Of a stretch of 64,000 nucleotides of DNA, positions 61,782 through 64,000 are shown piece by piece. Under the pieces are notes generated by a model, which was given only the letters and a program-made list of their open reading frames with translations, ran no database searches and had not been told where the DNA came from. The stretch comes from Paraspadella gotoi (Eukaryota; Animalia; Chaetognatha). The stretch is taken from the NCBI GenBank assembly GCA_051294375.1, contig CM119264.1, forward strand, positions 14,782,682 through 14,846,681. The letters are read 5' to 3'. Each line of letters opens with the position of its first letter. The stretch's first letter is position 1. A program made the position numbers and the translations under genes.

Positions 61782-64000
61782 TCATGCCGGAGCTCCGGGA
61801 GCGATCTGCTCCATCCTCGTCGTGGAGTCTTTGGCCAGATTCAACTGTGAGATCTTCTCGTAGAATTTGTGGCCCTCGGGATCTTTGAAGCGGTAGATGT
61901 AGGACGTAGCCCGCGTGTCGAGGAGAGATGCCGGGCAGATGTCCACCTTCTTGGGGACAAAGTCTGGCGGAAAGAATAAAATAGAATATATTTCAAAAAA
62001 TCCGGTCGGAAGGAAAACCGAATTGCCGTACAGAAATTAGGTAATAAATCAAACAAAAACAATCACTAAATCACCGGTCCTGTAGCTGGTGCAGTGATCA
62101 ATAGGGTCGCATCGCGGATTGTAGGTCTTGTCGGGTGCGAAGCTTCCAGGAGGTGGAACTTTTCCGTGGTTAATGTAGTCAGTGTTCACGGTTGTGATGC
62201 CGTCGAAGGGAGCGTCCGATCTGGAAATCAATCAATCAATCAATCAATCAAACTAATAAAATCCATCAGTCAGGTAATCATCAATCAGTAATCAAACAAT
62301 AAACGGCTAAATTTTACTTTCGTCGATCGCGGTTTTGGCGTCTTTTAAAAAACCACTTAAAAATACTTATTTTAAAAAAACAATTTTTTTAAAATATTAC
62401 CTAATTACCCTAGCCCTAAATCATTTTAACCCTAACCACCCCTAACCGTAAACCACCCCTAAACCACCCTTACGAAAGTAAAAGTAATTTCTTAATTGTT
62501 TCTTAATTGTTTCCGTCATCGGTCGATGACCCACTGAAATACAAATAACGGCGTCCAGTTTATTCGCCACCTGAACGGCTTCGGCGGAGGATGTTGCAAC
62601 TTGTCAGGAATGTCCCACTTGCGGTATTCGCCTCTGTACGACGTATTGGGGTTGAATGGGCCAGTGTCCGTCTTTCTCTGTTTCGGCCTGATGGCCTTCG
62701 CCGGAGCCGCGTCGTGCGGAACGTAGTTGGTTCCGTAGGTCGTATCGCTCGCCATGTCCCCGCCCGGCAGAGGCTTGTAGTAGGGGCCGCATGCCTTGGG
62801 AGGTCGTTGATCCCAGAGAACGTAGTCCTGTTTCGAAACAATGTAGATTTTGTAGAGTATGTCAATAAAAGAGAGAGAGGGAGAGAGAGAGAGAGACCTT
62901 TCTATTAGTAGTGGTATCCGAAATAGGATGGTCTAGTAGAGAGAGGAAGAGAGCAGACGGAGAGAAGAGAGAGAGAGATGAGGAGAGAGAGAGAGAGAGA
63001 GAGAGACCTTTCTATTAGTAGTGGTATCCGAAATAGGCTGGGTCTTATCGATCGGTTTGTAAGGCGGACGCAAAGGCAACGGAGGGACTCCGGGACGATG
63101 AATGTAATCGTTCCTAAGCAACGAAAAAAAGAAAACAAACAAATGTAAATTTAGTCGAAATTCGCCAGGCAATAATTTCACACGAAATGAAACCGTAAAA
63201 TGGTCGCCGCACAAAACAGTCAACACGAACCTGTAATTGGTGAGTCCGTCGAAAGGCGAATCGTTGGGACAATATTGATTTCGGTCGGGCAAGTCCATTT
63301 TCTGGTGAGGATGTTTGATGTAGTCCGTCTGTCGAGCAAAAAAAAAAAAGAAACTCGTTTTCCTCGTTCCTTGACAACAATTGCTTTTGCTCTTGCCAAC
63401 TTTTCTCGAGTATAAACTGCCTCACCCTGTAACTCGTATCGTCTCTCATAGGATCGTCGGACTTCATGTTGTTTTCCTTTGGCTTCATGGATTCGGCCGG
63501 CGGCGCCTTCTTGCCAGTGTAGTCGACGTTGACGGTGGTGATGCCCTCGAACGGCGCGTCGGAGCGGAAAGGCTTCGGAGGCGGATGCTTGAGCGGCTCC
63601 GGCAAATCCCACTTGCGGTACTCGGCTGTGAGGGGCGGAGGAAGAGGAGGGGAGAGGATAAACGGAGAATTTTAAGACAATTAAGACATTTTTGAGACAT
63701 TAATGAACCACAAAACAAAAAAACTCGGTAAAGTTACAGACATTAATGAACTAAAAAACAAAAAAAACTCTGTAAAGTTAGAGACAATAATGAACTAAAA
63801 AACAAAAAAAACTCAAACCGTACCTCTGTACGTTGGCTGCCCCTTAAACTCCCCCGACGATTTTTTGTTTTGCTTGGGCTTAAAAGGCTGCGGGGGCGGG
63901 ACCATCCTGCCCGGGTAGTCCTTGCGGTACGTGGTGTCCGACTCGAGTTCGCCGTGCGGCATCGGTCGCGGGGGCGGCTTGCAGTTGGCCGGCGGCGGTT
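61782..64000 (-). CDS. SAXO: Stabilizer of axonemal microtubules (SAXO/FAM154-like), 3' part; gene continues beyond the window
   Basis: Exons of repeated Mn-like motifs (FEGITTVNVDY, DDTSYRTDY, FDGLTNYRNDY, SDTTYGTNY, NTSYRGEY) with Pro-rich linkers, and C-terminal CPASLL...YIYRF...GHKFY; stop at 61782. Confidence 0.88.

Noticed and set aside
62405-62472. Telomeric (CCCTAA)n repeat
   Set aside because: Only a few degenerate units inside an intron; not a chromosome end.

Overview
Eukaryotic (invertebrate animal) genomic scaffold with spliced genes, microsatellites and a 510-nt N gap; most of the supplied ORF track is artefact. Genes reconstructed by hand from splice sites: (1) a divergent, frameshifted actin paralogue (-, 10075-17951) in tandem with (2) a conventional invertebrate actin (-, 20198-21766) that has the same intron positions; (3) an FMRFamide/peptide-receptor-like class A GPCR (+, ~25273-35011) with two GC-AG introns; (4) a ~21 kb polycystin-1-like gene (-, 36565-57609) with signal peptide, apparent ZP-N, WSC, GAIN with degenerate GPS, PLAT and a PKD channel domain carrying a Cys-rich insert. 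Its introns host two same-strand nested genes: (5) an HHxxxDG acyltransferase and (6) an orphan multi-pass membrane protein. (7) The 3' part of a SAXO/FAM154 gene (-, 61782-64000) ends the window. Mobile DNA includes two copies of a miniature LTR retrotransposon (TRIM) whose LTRs contain a tRNA-like Pol III promoter, a free tRNA-SINE sharing the body of that LTR, a Penelope-like element nested in a Helentron-type element, several Penelope-type hammerhead ribozyme footprints (one intact), and Tc1/mariner remnants. All domain calls are by-eye motif recognition; no searches were run. Some regions look indel-rich, so frameshifts may be sequencing error.
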